A DNA stretch of 64,000 nt, taken from NCBI GenBank assembly GCA_963788655.1, contig CAWBHS010000038.1, forward strand, positions 128,001 through 192,000. Reading direction: 5' to 3'. The notes under the pieces are model-generated. The model did no database searches and was not told the DNA's origin. It was given only the letters and a program-made list of their open reading frames with translations. Of this stretch, positions 10,585 to 22,593 are shown piece after piece. A program made the translations under genes and the position numbers. Numbering within the stretch: the first letter of the stretch is position 1; every line of letters begins with the position of its first letter. This stretch comes from an uncultured Verrucomicrobiae bacterium. GTDB lineage: Bacteria; Verrucomicrobiota; Verrucomicrobiia; Limisphaerales; JAFGQR01.

Positions 10585-11749
10585 ATGGTGATGTCTGACG
10601 TTGTCACCAAACCAACTGCAATGGCCGTCGGCCAGCGCCACATTGCCACCATCCAGGACATGGCTTTCGGGGGTGAAGGCGTGGCGCGGGTGGATGATTT
10701 TGTGGTGTTTGTGCCGTTCGTGATTCCCGGCGAAGAGGTCGAGTTGGAAATTGTGGAAGTCAAAAAGCAGTTCGCTCGGGCCCGGTTGGTGGAAGTGCGC
10801 CGCCGGTCGTCCCGGCGTGTGGCGCCCCGGTGCCCGTACTTTGGCCGGTGTGGCGGATGCCAATACCAGCACTTGGATTATGCTCGGCAATTGGAGGTCA
10901 AACAAAAGCAAATCGCGGATCTTTTTGAACGGGTGGGGAAATTTCCTGCGGGCGTGGTCAGTCCCGTGGTTCCCTGTCCGCAACCTTACGGTTATCGGAA
11001 CCGGATCATGATTCGCAGCCAATGGAACAAGCCCGAGCAACGATTGAACATCGGCTTCTTACGCGGAGATTGCGGATTGGTGGAAGACCTTGAGGCGTGC
11101 GCCATTGCCGAACCGGCGCTCAATGAGCAGATCCGGCATGTCCGGGCGCATCCGCCGCCCAAGGGAGGCATCAAAGTGGTGTTGCGGGTGGCCCCGGAAG
11201 GCTGGGAGGTGCCGCCGGACTCGTTTTTCCAAAATAATTTCTTCCTCTTGCCCAAATTGGTGGAGGCGGCCCGCGACAGTTTGCGCGACGCCGGTACGCG
11301 CTACCTGGTGGACACGTATTGCGGGGTGGGCTTTTTCGCGCTCGAGCTGGCGGACGCCGTCGAGCGCTACGTGGGCATCGAGTACCGACCAGATGGCCAT
11401 CAAAGCCGCGCGGCAGAACGCCCCATTGCGACAACGGGCCAACGGCGAATTTCTGTCGGGCCGGACGGAGGATTTGTTGCCCAAAGTGATTGGCCGTCTT
11501 TCACCCGGCGCCACGACGGTTCTGCTCGATCCGCCGCGCAAAGGGTGCAGTCACGCCAGCCTGCAACTTTTGCGCGACCTGCGGCCTGCCCAGGTGATTC
11601 ATGTATCCTGTCATCCGGCCACTTTGGCGCGAGACTTGAACATTTTGTGCGCCGAGGGTGTCTTTGAATTACGGAAACTGGTTCCTTTGGATATGTTCCC
11701 GCAAACGCAGCACGTGGAATGCGTGGCGGACTTGAGACTGGGAAGTTGA
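10585..11749 (+). CDS. TRAM-domain RNA (uracil-5)-methyltransferase, RlmD/TrmA family (frameshift near 11385)
   Basis: CPYFGRCGGC Fe-S motif, SFFQNN, DTYCGVG; the second frame supplies LDPPRKG, VSCHPATLARD, DMFPQTQHVE. Confidence 0.9.
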
Positions 11750-11872
11750 GGTGCCGGAACCACGAGGCCGCTGGCGGGAAATGTTTGGAAACGGACCGGT
11801 CTGTCTGCCGTCGGCTGGTTTTGTAATGTGTCAAACCCTCATTGATTTTCCGCCCTTGTCAAGCCGTCGAGC

Positions 11873-14797
11873 ATGGTTTCAACTCGACGGCGCAATCTGA
11901 ATGTAATGGATACTGATCGAACATCATTGATGAACTTTGTGCAGCGCCGTTTGCCGTGGATCGTGGCGGCCGGCGCGTTGGTGGTTTACCTGCTGACCCT
12001 CAATCGCTGGATCACCTTTACCGGACTGCCCACCGCGTCCAAGGCTTTGGGCTGGGACTGGCAGCCCATGTTTTTGACGCCGCTGCTCTATCTGCTGACC
12101 TACCCGGTCCGCTGGCTGCCCGAAAGCTGGCAATTGATCGGACTGAATGTGTTTTCCACTATCTGTTCGGCGCTGACGCTAGCTCTGCTGGCCCGATCCG
12201 TCGCCATTCTCCCGCAGGACCGGACGCGCGAGCAGCGGGCATTTGAACGCAGTGAATATTCGTTCTTGAGCATTCGTACCGCTTGGTTGCCACCCGTGCT
12301 GGCCGCGTTGGTGTGCGGTTTGCAGTTGAGTTTCTGGGAAAACACCGTGGTGGCGACGGGCGAATCCCTGGACCTGTTGCTGTTCGCCTACTGTGTACGC
12401 TGCCTCCTGGAATATCGGATTGGCGAAAAATCCTCCTGGCTCTACCGCTTGGCGGTGGTGTACGGCCTGGGCATCACCAATGACTTTGCGTTGATCGCGT
12501 TTCTGCCTCTGTTAGTGGTCGCACTCGTTTGGATCAAGGGGCGCGGTTTCTTCAAGATGCGGTTTCTCCTCAACATGCTGGGCCTGGGGTTGGCCGGCTT
12601 GTCCTTGTATTTGTTGTTGCCGGCAATCAACAGCATCGGTGGCACCACGGATTACAGTTTTCTGGAAATTTTGCGTACGCATTGGGGATCGCAACGGAAC
12701 ACCCTCTGGCATTTCCCTCGGTTTCTATTAATCATCATGGGCTTTACTTCGCTGCTGCCGGTGTTGTTCATCGGCATTCGCTGGCCCGCGCAATACGGCG
12801 ATATCAGCGCGGCCGGCAACGCGCTGGCCAATCTGATGATGCACGTGGTTCACGCCTTGTTCCTGGGCGCGTGTCTTTGGGTGATGTTTGATCCCACCTT
12901 CAGTCCGCGCGCGCTTGGTCATCGTTACGGTCAGCCGTGGGCCTTTTTGCCGTTTTATTATCTGGCGGCGCTGACGGTCGGCTATTGCAGCGGCTATTTT
13001 TTGCTGGTATTGGGCGCCGCGCCGCACAAGCCCTGGCAACGGCCGTCGTTGCTGGCAAAAGTGCTCAAGAAGGCCGTGGTGGGCGTGGTCATGGCATCGG
13101 TGATTGGGGTGCCGGCGGCTTTGATCGTCAAGAACCTGCCGAAACTGCGTGCCGATCTGAATCCTTATCTTCGACAATTTGGCGTCCTGGCCCGCCAATG
13201 CCTTCCGGCCCAAGGGGCGATTGTGCTTAGTGATGACTCGTATCGGCTTTTTTCTCTCAAAGCGGCACTGCGTCGGTCGGGCACGGACAAGAATTACGTC
13301 CTGGTGAACACGGAGTTGCTGACCCGCAGCGCTTACCATCGCTATTTGCATCGCCAGTTTCCGGAAACCTGGCCGCAACTGCCCCCGCAACCCGCCGCGG
13401 AAGTGAAGGAAGTTGCGCCGAGAGATCTGATCCAGTTGCTGACCGATTTGCGCCGTTCGCACGAGATTTATTATCTGCACCCCAGCTTCGGCTACTACTT
13501 CGAGAAGTTCTATTTGAAGCCGCGCAACCTGGTCTATTTGATGGAGGCGTATCCCACCAATGCCGTTGCGGCGCCGCTCCTGACGGCGGAGGAATTCCGC
13601 GCCAACGACCAGTTTTGGCAGGATTGCCAGGAACAACTACAACCGTTGCGAAAGCAGATGAGCTCGACCGGCCAGTCAAACCAAAAGAAGAGATCGGACT
13701 TCTCGTATGCCACATTCATGATCGGCGGCATCTATTCACGGTGCCTGAATTTCCTGGGCGTCGAGCATCAAAAGGCAGGTCACTTGAAGGAAGCTGCGGA
13801 TTACTTCGCGTCGGCGTTGCAATTCAACCCGAAGAATCCGTCGGCCTTCATCAACCGGGCCTATAACGAACAGCTCCAGGCCGGCGAACGGCAAAGCATC
13901 CTGGGCACCGAGGAGGCCAAGGAAATGTTGCAACCGTACCACGGCAACATCGAATTGGTCTTGAACATGAACGGACCAATTGACGAGCCGCAAGCCTGTT
14001 TTGGCATGAGCCAGGTATTTGCCCGGGGCCACAACCTCCGCCAAGCAATGCAGCAACTTCAACGCGCCGCGGAGTTGGATCCCGCGTACTATGAAGCCCG
14101 CGTATCGCTGGCGACCGTGTACGCCGGGAACCAGCCGGATCAGGCGCTTCAGGAAGTCGCCAACATCCGGGCGTTTCCAGCCTTGCAGTCCGTGATCGCC
14201 ACCAATCCGCTACCGCTAATTCGGGCCGAGGCCTTGGCGTACGCGGCGAAGAAGAACATGGACAAAGCTACTGATCTCTTGCACGCCGCGCAGCAGAAAT
14301 ATCCGCAGGCGGTTTCCCCCTTTGCCACCGAAGCGCAAATCTATCTGGCCAATCAAGATGTCACCAACGCGCTGGCGGTCCTCGAACGCCAGATCAAAAT
14401 CCAGACCAACAAGGTGCCGGCGTTGCTCAATTACGGCCAGGTAAAGATGCAAACCAAAGCCGCCGGGGAAGCGATTCCCTATTTCACGCGCGCCTTGGAA
14501 CAAGATCCGCAGAACCGGGTGGTCCTGATGAACCGGGCGGCGGCCTGCCTGGACGCCGGCGAACGGGATCCCAGCAAGCTGGATCTTGCCGAGAAGGATT
14601 ACCAGACGCTGCTGGCAAACCTTTCCAAGCCGCCGCATTGGGTGTATTACGGCCTCGGCGAAGTGTTCTTCAAAAAGAAGCAAGCCGAGCAAGCCATCGA
14701 GTATTACCAGAAATACTTGAAACTGGTTCCCAAGGATTTGCCGGAAGCCATCCAAATCCAAGAGCGCATCAAGCAATTGAAACGTGGCTCATTCTGA
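11873..14797 (+). CDS. DUF2723/TMEM260-like polytopic membrane protein with C-terminal TPR array
   Basis: About 11-12 TM segments, YLLLP motif, then multiple TPR-like repeats. Family assigned by eye. Confidence 0.7.
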   Translation: MVSTRRRNLNVMDTDRTSLMNFVQRRLPWIVAAGALVVYLLTLNRWITFTGLPTASKALGWDWQPMFLTPLLYLLTYPVRWLPESWQLIGLNVFSTICSALTLALLARSVAILPQDRTREQRAFERSEYSFLSIRTAWLPPVLAALVCGLQLSFWENTVVATGESLDLLLFAYCVRCLLEYRIGEKSSWLYRLAVVYGLGITNDFALIAFLPLLVVALVWIKGRGFFKMRFLLNMLGLGLAGLSLYLLLPAINSIGGTTDYSFLEILRTHWGSQRNTLWHFPRFLLIIMGFTSLLPVLFIGIRWPAQYGDISAAGNALANLMMHVVHALFLGACLWVMFDPTFSPRALGHRYGQPWAFLPFYYLAALTVGYCSGYFLLVLGAAPHKPWQRPSLLAKVLKKAVVGVVMASVIGVPAALIVKNLPKLRADLNPYLRQFGVLARQCLPAQGAIVLSDDSYRLFSLKAALRRSGTDKNYVLVNTELLTRSAYHRYLHRQFPETWPQLPPQPAAEVKEVAPRDLIQLLTDLRRSHEIYYLHPSFGYYFEKFYLKPRNLVYLMEAYPTNAVAAPLLTAEEFRANDQFWQDCQEQLQPLRKQMSSTGQSNQKKRSDFSYATFMIGGIYSRCLNFLGVEHQKAGHLKEAADYFASALQFNPKNPSAFINRAYNEQLQAGERQSILGTEEAKEMLQPYHGNIELVLNMNGPIDEPQACFGMSQVFARGHNLRQAMQQLQRAAELDPAYYEARVSLATVYAGNQPDQALQEVANIRAFPALQSVIATNPLPLIRAEALAYAAKKNMDKATDLLHAAQQKYPQAVSPFATEAQIYLANQDVTNALAVLERQIKIQTNKVPALLNYGQVKMQTKAAGEAIPYFTRALEQDPQNRVVLMNRAAACLDAGERDPSKLDLAEKDYQTLLANLSKPPHWVYYGLGEVFFKKKQAEQAIEYYQKYLKLVPKDLPEAIQIQERIKQLKRGSF

Positions 14798-15992
14798 ATC
14801 CGGCGGTGTTCTGCGTATCGTTCATGTCATCACCCGGCTCATCGTCGGTGGCGCGCAGGAAAACACGCTGGCTTCGGTCCTCGGCTTGCAGCAGATTCCC
14901 AGCTTCGAAGTGCAATTGGTATCCGGACCCACTCGCGGGCCCGAAGGCGCCCTGTTGGAGCAAGGAACCCCCGCCCCGCAGCGGCTGACGATCCTGCCGC
15001 ATTTGGTTCGGCCAATCGCTCCCTGGCGGGACACTCTGGCGTTCAGGGAACTGGTGCGCCGGTTTCGCGCCCAGTCGCCCGACATCGTTCACACTCATAG
15101 TGGCAAGGCAGGAATCCTGGGCCGCTTGGCCGCGGTCCGCGCCGGCGTGCCGTTGATTGTTCATACTATTCATGGGCCGTCGTTCGGCCCGTTTCAAGGC
15201 AGGCTGCCCAATGCGCTGTTCACCGCTGCCGAACGTTTTGCCGGCCGATTCACTACCCATTTTGTGAGTGTCGCGGACGCCATGACCCGCCAGTATCTGG
15301 CCGCCGGGATTGGCACACCGTCCCAATACACGCGCATCTACAGCGGATTCGAATTGAAGCCGTTTCTCGAAGCCAGCAACAGTGCCGAACGGCGGCGGCG
15401 CTGGGGGTTGGCGCCGAATGATTTCGTCGTCGGGAAAATCGCGCGACTCTTCAAACTGAAAGGTCACGAAGACCTCTTTGCCGTGGCGCCGGAATTGGTC
15501 CGGCAGTGTCCGCAGTTCAAATTCCTGCTGGTGGGAGACGGGGCCTGGCGGGAACGATTCGAGCGGCAGGCGCGGGAACTGGGATTGGCGAAACACTTTG
15601 TGTTTATCGGCTTGGTGCCGCCGGCAGACATTCCGACGCTCGTGGGTTTGATGGACGTTGTGATCCATCTGTCCCGGCGGGAGGGACTGCCACGCGCGCT
15701 GCCGCAAGCCCTGGCGGCGGGCAAGCCGGTGGTGGCTTATGATTGCGATGGCGCCGGTGAAGTGTGCCGCACCAATGAAACCGGTTTCCTGGTGTCGCCC
15801 GGTGACTTGCGGGAGTTAAAAAAACGGTTGTTGAAACTCGCCGCCGATCCCGCGTTGCGCCATCGCCTGGGCCAACATGGCCGGCTACTGGTTCGAGAAG
15901 TGTTCCCCGTGGACCGCATGATCCGCGCGCTGAGAGAGCTTTACCGGCGATTGGCCGCGGCGCGCCAAGTGGCCAAGCCTGAGTTGGAGTAA
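14784..15992 (+). CDS. Glycosyltransferase family 4
   Basis: HVITRLIVGGAQENT, VHTHSGKAG, KGH, EGLPRAL.QALA.GKPVV. Confidence 0.9.
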   Translation: MAHSESGGVLRIVHVITRLIVGGAQENTLASVLGLQQIPSFEVQLVSGPTRGPEGALLEQGTPAPQRLTILPHLVRPIAPWRDTLAFRELVRRFRAQSPDIVHTHSGKAGILGRLAAVRAGVPLIVHTIHGPSFGPFQGRLPNALFTAAERFAGRFTTHFVSVADAMTRQYLAAGIGTPSQYTRIYSGFELKPFLEASNSAERRRRWGLAPNDFVVGKIARLFKLKGHEDLFAVAPELVRQCPQFKFLLVGDGAWRERFERQARELGLAKHFVFIGLVPPADIPTLVGLMDVVIHLSRREGLPRALPQALAAGKPVVAYDCDGAGEVCRTNETGFLVSPGDLRELKKRLLKLAADPALRHRLGQHGRLLVREVFPVDRMIRALRELYRRLAAARQVAKPELE

Positions 15993-15994
15993 AA

Positions 15995-16975
15995 ATGACT
16001 TTCCCCTTGAACATCTATCTGGCGGCGTTGGTTGGCGCGGGTTTGGTTTCCGCGCTGTCCTTGCCAGTGTGGCGGAAGGTGTGCTGGCGGTTCAGCTTGG
16101 TGGATGATCCGGGCCATCGCAAAATTCATTCGCAGCCGGTGGCGCTGGCAGGTGGCTGGGCGGTGTTGACCGGCTTGCTGGTGCCGTTGCTGCTGCTGGC
16201 CATCCTGTGGCCGCTGCACCTGCTGGGGCCGGACGAGGTGGCCAAACTCGGTTACGGTCTCCGCGCGCGCGGCGGCCAGTTATTCGCCATCCTGGGGGGG
16301 GCCGTGGGAATGACGCTGTTGGGCGGACTGGACGACCGGCATGAATTGCGCGCCGCCACAAAATTTGCGGGTCAACTGGCCATCGCGTTTTTGGTCGCGG
16401 CCTCGGGGATTCGGATCACCTTGTTCGTCCCCAGCGCGCTGTTCAGTTACGCCGTAACAGTGCTCTGGATTCTGACGGTGACCAATGCGTTCAATTTCAT
16501 GGACAACATGAATGGCCTCTGCGCTGGTCTGGGCGTCATTGCCGGCTTGCTGTTTGGATTGGCGGCGGCGCTGCAAACGCATTACCTGGTCGCGACGCTG
16601 GCGTTCTACGTGAGTGGTGCGGTCCTGGGATTTCTGCCGCACAACTTTCCCCGGGCAACGGTTTTTCTCGGCGATGCCGGGAGTCATTTGATCGGTTACC
16701 TGATGGCCGTGCTGGCAATTTTGCCGCACTTCTATTCGGCGCAGAATCCCCGGATACTGGCGGTGGCCAGTCCGTTGCTCATTCTGGCGGTGCCGTTGCT
16801 GGATCTCGTCTGGGTCGTGGGATTGCGTTGGCGGGCGGGCAAGCCCGTTTACGTCGGGGACACCAATCACTTGTCGCACCGGCTGGTGCGCGGCCGCTTC
16901 AGTCCAGTTGCGGCGGTCCTGCTGATTTGGGGCTTGGCCGCAATCCTGGGAAGCCTGGCGTTGCTGTTGGTTTAA
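15995..16975 (+). CDS. MraY/WecA-family polyprenyl-phosphate HexNAc-1-phosphate transferase
   Basis: DDPGHRKIH, LDD, NAFNFMDNMNGL, FLGDAGS, HLSHRL. Confidence 0.9.
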   Translation: MTFPLNIYLAALVGAGLVSALSLPVWRKVCWRFSLVDDPGHRKIHSQPVALAGGWAVLTGLLVPLLLLAILWPLHLLGPDEVAKLGYGLRARGGQLFAILGGAVGMTLLGGLDDRHELRAATKFAGQLAIAFLVAASGIRITLFVPSALFSYAVTVLWILTVTNAFNFMDNMNGLCAGLGVIAGLLFGLAAALQTHYLVATLAFYVSGAVLGFLPHNFPRATVFLGDAGSHLIGYLMAVLAILPHFYSAQNPRILAVASPLLILAVPLLDLVWVVGLRWRAGKPVYVGDTNHLSHRLVRGRFSPVAAVLLIWGLAAILGSLALLLV

Positions 16976-17064
16976 TGCTGCTGGCGGAGTGGCGCCGCCA
17001 ATACGTTTGATGTCAATACGTTTGATTGCCAAGGCGGTGTTCGTGCGCCACACTGCGGCGGAAA

Positions 17065-18645
17065 ATGAGCAAACGCTTTTATATCACGACCGCCATCGAC
17101 TACGTGAACGGCCAACCGCATCTCGGCCACGCGTACGAGAAGGTCATTACCGATGTCATCGCCCGGGCGCAGCGGGCTTGGGGCACGAAGTGTTTTTTCT
17201 GACGGGCACCGATGAGCACGGCCAGAAAGTGCAGCAAGCCGCCCAAGCGGAAGGCAAGAATCCTCAGACGTATTGCGATGAACTGGCCGCGTCCTGGAAG
17301 GCCTTTGCCGCCAAGCTCGATCTCTCCAATGACGACTTCATCCGCACCACCGAACTGCGGCACAAAACCTTGGTTCAGGCCGCGCTGACCAAGCTGCACG
17401 CCCAGGGCCATTTTTACAAAGCGACGTACACCGGGTTCTACTCCGCCAAGGAAGAAACGTTCTTGACGGACAAGGACCGTCTCCCGGACGGGACGTTTGA
17501 CGCGGCATGGGGCAAGGTGGTCGAGTTGTCGGAGGACAACTATTACTTTCGTCTCGGCGAGCATCAGCAATGGCTCATTGACCACCTCGAAGCCAACCCG
17601 GAGTTCGTTTACCCCAGCTACCGGCGCAACGAGGTGTTGGGTTTTCTGAAGAACAACAAGCTCGAAGACTTGTGCATTACCCGGCCGGCCGCCCGTTTGA
17701 ACTGGGGTATTCCTTTGCCGTTTGATCCGGAATTCGTGACGTATGTTTGGTTCGACGCGTTGTCCAACTACATCACCGCTCCCGGGGCTGACGGGGATCC
17801 CGTCATTCAAGCTGCAGCTCGCTCCCCAAGCTGCAACCGGCGAGTCGCCCTTGGAAGTCTGGCCCGCCGATGCGCACGTCGTGGGCAAGGACATCATCAA
17901 GTTTCACTGCGTCTATTGGCCGATCATGCTCAAAGCGATGGGGCTGCCGCTGCCCAAGCAAGTGCTCGTCCATGGCTGGTGGCAAAAGGACAACCAGAAG
18001 ATGAGCAAGAGCACCGGCAACGTTGTGGAGCCCGGCGCCGTGATCGACGAATGGGGGGTGGACGCCTTCCGCTATTACGTCGTGCGGGAACTGGACATCG
18101 GTCCGGATGGCAATTGGACCGACGCCGGTTTTGCCGCCCGTTACCAGGCCGAATTGGCGAATGGGCTGGGCAATCTCGTAAACCGTTCGCTGTCGATGCT
18201 CAAACGATATCGGCAGGGCATCGTGCCCAAACGTTCGGACGAACTGGCGCCCGAGGTCAATCAAGCGGTGCAGCGGATCGCGGAACAAGTGCGGACCTAC
18301 CAATTGCAGTCTGCGCTGGAAAGCATCTGGAGCATCGTGAATCGGGGCAACCAGTACGTGGATCAAACGGCGCCGTTCAAGCTGGCTAAAGATCCAGCCC
18401 GGGCGGCGCGCTTGGATGAGGTGCTTTACAATCTGGCAGAGACGTGCCGCGTTCTGGCCGTGGTGTTGGTGCCCTTCCTGCCGACGACTTGCCGGAAGCT
18501 GCTTACCCAACTCGGTCTGTCGGACGCGCAAACCAGTTTCAGCGCCGCCGCCTGGGGCGGTCTGCCCGAAGGTCATACCATTGGCGAGTTGGCACCGCTG
18601 TTCCCGCGGAAGGATCAGGCTCCGAAGCAAGCTTCCGGGACGTAG
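17065..18645 (+). CDS. metG: Methionyl-tRNA synthetase (frameshifts near 17175 and 17800)
   Basis: [25 protein letters not shown] (HIGH-like), [25 protein letters not shown]. Confidence 0.95.
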
Positions 18646-18945
18646 CCGGTGGTGCGTTCGCCCGCGGCAGAGGGCTGCCGCATTCCATGACTTGTTGGCC
18701 GATTGTTTTGCGCAATCGGCAGACGAATGGAAGTTGCTGCCGCGATGCGGCCTCTGCACTTTGAGAAGTTTGGAATATCCGAACTCGAATGCCGGCGTCC
18801 CGCCGCAAGGAGTGGGGGTATGTTTGGCGTGCCCATGCCCGGTGGTGTGAAGCTCGAATGGGCCATTCCATATAGCCGGCAAGATGCTGACCGCACGTTA
18901 CCGAAAATAGTTTCCTTTGCCCCTCGCTTGGCAAAGAATGTCCAG

Positions 18946-21087
18946 ATGCATACCAATTCACTGCTTCGGTGGCTAAGCTTGGGATTGCTGGTGGCAGCCG
19001 GTACCAACTGCGCGCACCTGTCGTCCGGACTGAAATACCCGGTCACCGCCCGCACCAACACGGTGGATGTCTATCACGGCGTCAAAGTCGAGGATCCGTA
19101 TCGCTGGCTCGAAGACGACAATTCGCCCGCTACCAAGGCCTGGGTGGAAGCGGAAAACAAAGTGACCTTCGCCTACCTGGATCGCATCCCGCAGCGCGCT
19201 GCCATTAAACAACGCCTGACGCAACTGTGGAACTTTGAGCGCTACGGGGTGCCTTTCAAACAGGGCGGCCGCTACTTCTATTCGCGCAACGATGGGCTGC
19301 AAAACCAAAGCGTCATTTATACCCTGACCGCTCTGGATGCCAAATCCACCTTGCTGCTTGATCCCAATACGCTGTCTGCAGACGGCACCGTCGCGCTGAC
19401 GAGTTACGCGATCAGCGACGACGGCAATCTGATGGCCTATGGTCTGGCCACCGCCGGTTCCGACTGGCAGGAATGGCGGGTGCGCGACGTGCGCACGGCG
19501 AAGGATCTCGACGACCATTTGAAATGGGTCAAGTTCTCCGGCGCTTCGTGGTCAAAGGATGGGAAGGGTTTTTATTACAGCCGCTTCGATGAACCGTCCG
19601 CCGCGGACAAGCTCACCCAAGTCAATTATTTCCAAAAGCTCTACTACCATCGCGTCGGCACGCCGCAGTCGGCGGACCCGTTGATTTACCAACGCCCGGA
19701 CCACAAGGACTGGGGCTTCAGCGGTGACGTGACCGACGACGGTCATTACCTGATCATCTCCGCCTCGCAAGGCACCGATCCGAAGAATCGCGTCCTGTAT
19801 CTGGACCTGCAGAAACCGGACGCCAAAGTCACCGAACTGCTCATGGGCTTTGATGCCGCTTACAACTTCATTGACAACGACGGCCCGGTGTTCTGGTTTC
19901 TGACGGACTTGAACGCGCCGCGCAGCCGGGTCATCGGCATTGACATCTCCAAGCCCGAACGCGCGAACTGGCGTGAAATCATCCCGCAATCCACGAACGC
20001 CCTCAAACAGGTCAATGTGATCAACAACCAGTTTGTGTGCTCGTATCTCCAGGATGCCCACTCGCAAGTAAGGTTCTTTGGTCTGGACGGGAAATTCATT
20101 CGCGAACTGGAATTGCCAGGCTTGGGCTCGGCGAGCGGTTTTTCGGGCAAACGCACCGACACCGAAACCTTTTATGCTTTTACGAGCTTTACCGTGCCAG
20201 GCACGATTTATCGCTACGATTTGCAGACCGGCCAGAGCCAAGTCTTCCGCGAACCGAAGGTCGATTTCAACCCGGCCAATTACGAAACCCGACAAGTCTT
20301 TTACCACAGCAAGGACGGCACGCGTGTGCCCATGTTCATCACCGCGCGCAAAGGCCTGAAGATGAACGGCAAGAATCCCACGCTACTGTACGGCTATGGC
20401 GGCTTTGACATTTCCCTCACGCCCCGGTTCAGCGTCGTGAACCTGGCCTGGATGGAAATGGGCGGCGTGTATGCCTTGGCCAATCTGCGCGGCGGCGGCG
20501 AATACGGCGAAGCCTGGCACGAAGCGGGCACCAAGCTGAAGAAACAAAATGTGTTCGATGACTTCATCGCCGCGGCTGAATGGCTGATCGTGAATCGCTA
20601 CACCAATCCGAAGAAACTCGCCATCGCTGGCGGCAGCAATGGCGGCCTGCTGATTGGGGCGGTGGTGAACCAGCGCCCGGACCTGTTCGGCGTCGCACTG
20701 CCGGCGGTGGGCGTGATGGACATGTTGCGTTTCCAGAAGTTCACCATCGGATGGGCGTGGACGTCGGACTACGGTTCCTCGGATGATCCCGAGCAATTCA
20801 AAGCCCTCTATGCCTACTCGCCGCTGCACAACATCAAGCCCGGCACGCACTACCCGGCGACGCTCATCACCACCGCCGACCACGACGATCGCGTGGTGCC
20901 GGCCCACAGTTTCAAATATGCCGCCACGCTGCAGGCCGCGCAGGGCGGATCGGCGCCCATTCTCATTCGGATCGAAACCCTGGCCGGCCACGGCGCCGGC
21001 AAACCCACCGCCAAGCTCATCGAAGAAGCCACCGACAAATTGGGCTTTATGGTGAAGGAATTGGGAATGAAGATGCGGACGAAATAA
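18946..21087 (+). CDS. Prolyl oligopeptidase (S9A)
   Basis: DPYRWLED, NLRGGGEYG, GGSNGG nucleophile, HDDRV, AGHG. Confidence 0.95.
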   Translation: MHTNSLLRWLSLGLLVAAGTNCAHLSSGLKYPVTARTNTVDVYHGVKVEDPYRWLEDDNSPATKAWVEAENKVTFAYLDRIPQRAAIKQRLTQLWNFERYGVPFKQGGRYFYSRNDGLQNQSVIYTLTALDAKSTLLLDPNTLSADGTVALTSYAISDDGNLMAYGLATAGSDWQEWRVRDVRTAKDLDDHLKWVKFSGASWSKDGKGFYYSRFDEPSAADKLTQVNYFQKLYYHRVGTPQSADPLIYQRPDHKDWGFSGDVTDDGHYLIISASQGTDPKNRVLYLDLQKPDAKVTELLMGFDAAYNFIDNDGPVFWFLTDLNAPRSRVIGIDISKPERANWREIIPQSTNALKQVNVINNQFVCSYLQDAHSQVRFFGLDGKFIRELELPGLGSASGFSGKRTDTETFYAFTSFTVPGTIYRYDLQTGQSQVFREPKVDFNPANYETRQVFYHSKDGTRVPMFITARKGLKMNGKNPTLLYGYGGFDISLTPRFSVVNLAWMEMGGVYALANLRGGGEYGEAWHEAGTKLKKQNVFDDFIAAAEWLIVNRYTNPKKLAIAGGSNGGLLIGAVVNQRPDLFGVALPAVGVMDMLRFQKFTIGWAWTSDYGSSDDPEQFKALYAYSPLHNIKPGTHYPATLITTADHDDRVVPAHSFKYAATLQAAQGGSAPILIRIETLAGHGAGKPTAKLIEEATDKLGFMVKELGMKMRTK

Positions 21088-21095
21088 ACGGCCGG

Positions 21096-21789
21096 ATGCC
21101 GGCATTTTCAAATATCCGGGCGGTCACCTTCGACGTCGGCGGCACGTTGATCGATCCGTGGCCATCGGTGGGGCATGTGTATGCCGAAGTCGCAGCCGAG
21201 AACGGTCTTCCAGGCTTGGTTCCTGCGGCGTTGACCGATCGTTTTGCTGCTGCCTGGCGGGCTGAACCAGACTTCGATTATTCACGGGCGGCCTGGATGC
21301 GCTTGGTGGACGAAACGTTTCAGGGATTGATCGCACCGCTCCCGAGCCAAACGTTCTTCGAGGCGCTTTATCAACGATTCGAGCAACCGACTGCCTGGCG
21401 GATCTTTGAAGATGTGCGCCCGGTGCTCGCGCAATTGCGGAAGCGCGGATTGCGGTTGGGGATCATCTCGAACTGGGACGACCGCTTGTGTCGGCTGCTG
21501 ACCAACCTGGACTTGAATCAGTACCTTTGAAATCATGGTGGTATCCGTCGAGGCTGGCTGCACCAAGCCGAACGCCGCCATTTTTGGCCAGGCCGCTGCG
21601 GCTTTGAAAATGCCCGCCGCCGCGATTCTGCACGTGGGCGACAGCGTGACGAACGATCTCGAAGGCGCCCAAGCCGCCGGCTTTCGAGCGTTGTTGCTCG
21701 ACCGCCACCAACGCAAGAATCGACCGGGTCACATTCAGACGCTGGGGGAGTTAGCCGAGATGGTGTCCGGAAGCGAGAAGCTGTCATGA
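21096..21789 (+). CDS. HAD-IA family hydrolase (frameshift near 21525)
   Basis: FDVGGTL, ISNWD, KP, HVGDS..ND..GA. Confidence 0.85.
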
Positions 21790-21882
21790 TGCGATTTATA
21801 CAAATCGCTGCTACTTAACCGGCTGGGGTTGACTTGATTGGACCGAATCCCTAGCTTTAGCGTTCCAACGTTTTGCTGATAC

Positions 21883-22593
21883 ATGAATTTACTTAAACGA
21901 ATTTGGCAATCGTCCCTGGGCAAGAAATACATCATGGCCGGCACCGGCGTGTGTCTGTTGCTGTTCGTGCTCGGACACATGGTGGGAAATCTGCAGGTTT
22001 TTGAGGGGCCGGATGCCATCAATGCTTATGCCCATTTTTTGCAGAGCAATCGCCATGTACTCTGGACTGTCCGGAGTATTCTCCTGGTGATTGTGGGACT
22101 GCACATTCTCTCCGCCATCAAGCTGAGCCTGGAAAACAAGGCGGCGCGCCCCATCGCTTACCAACAGCAAGAACTGGTGGCCGCCTCGTACGCCTCCCGC
22201 ACCATGTTGATGAGCGGCCTCATCATCGCGGCGTTTGTCGTGTATCACTTGCTGCACTACACGGCCCAAGTGCGCGCCATAAATTTGACCGGCCAGCAGT
22301 TTACTCAGTTTGTGGATGCGCATGGCCACCATGACGTTTTCAAAATGATGGTGGTCGGCTTCAGTCAACCGGTGGTTTCGGCATTTTACATCTTCGCCAT
22401 TTTGCTGTTGTGCCTCCACCTGCGGCACGGCATCGCCAGCATGGCCCAATCGCTGGGCGTGACCCGCGCCGGCAACCGGGGATTTTTCGAGGGCCTCGCG
22501 TGGACGCTGGCCACGATCTTTTTTCTCGGCTATAGCTCCATTCCAATCGCCATCTTGTGCGGCTATGGAAAGGAGGTTCTGCACCAGTTATGA
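21883..22593 (+). CDS. sdhC: Succinate dehydrogenase cytochrome b subunit
   Basis: [26 protein letters not shown]; five TM helices; directly upstream of sdhAB. Confidence 0.9.
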   Translation: MNLLKRIWQSSLGKKYIMAGTGVCLLLFVLGHMVGNLQVFEGPDAINAYAHFLQSNRHVLWTVRSILLVIVGLHILSAIKLSLENKAARPIAYQQQELVAASYASRTMLMSGLIIAAFVVYHLLHYTAQVRAINLTGQQFTQFVDAHGHHDVFKMMVVGFSQPVVSAFYIFAILLLCLHLRHGIASMAQSLGVTRAGNRGFFEGLAWTLATIFFLGYSSIPIAILCGYGKEVLHQL

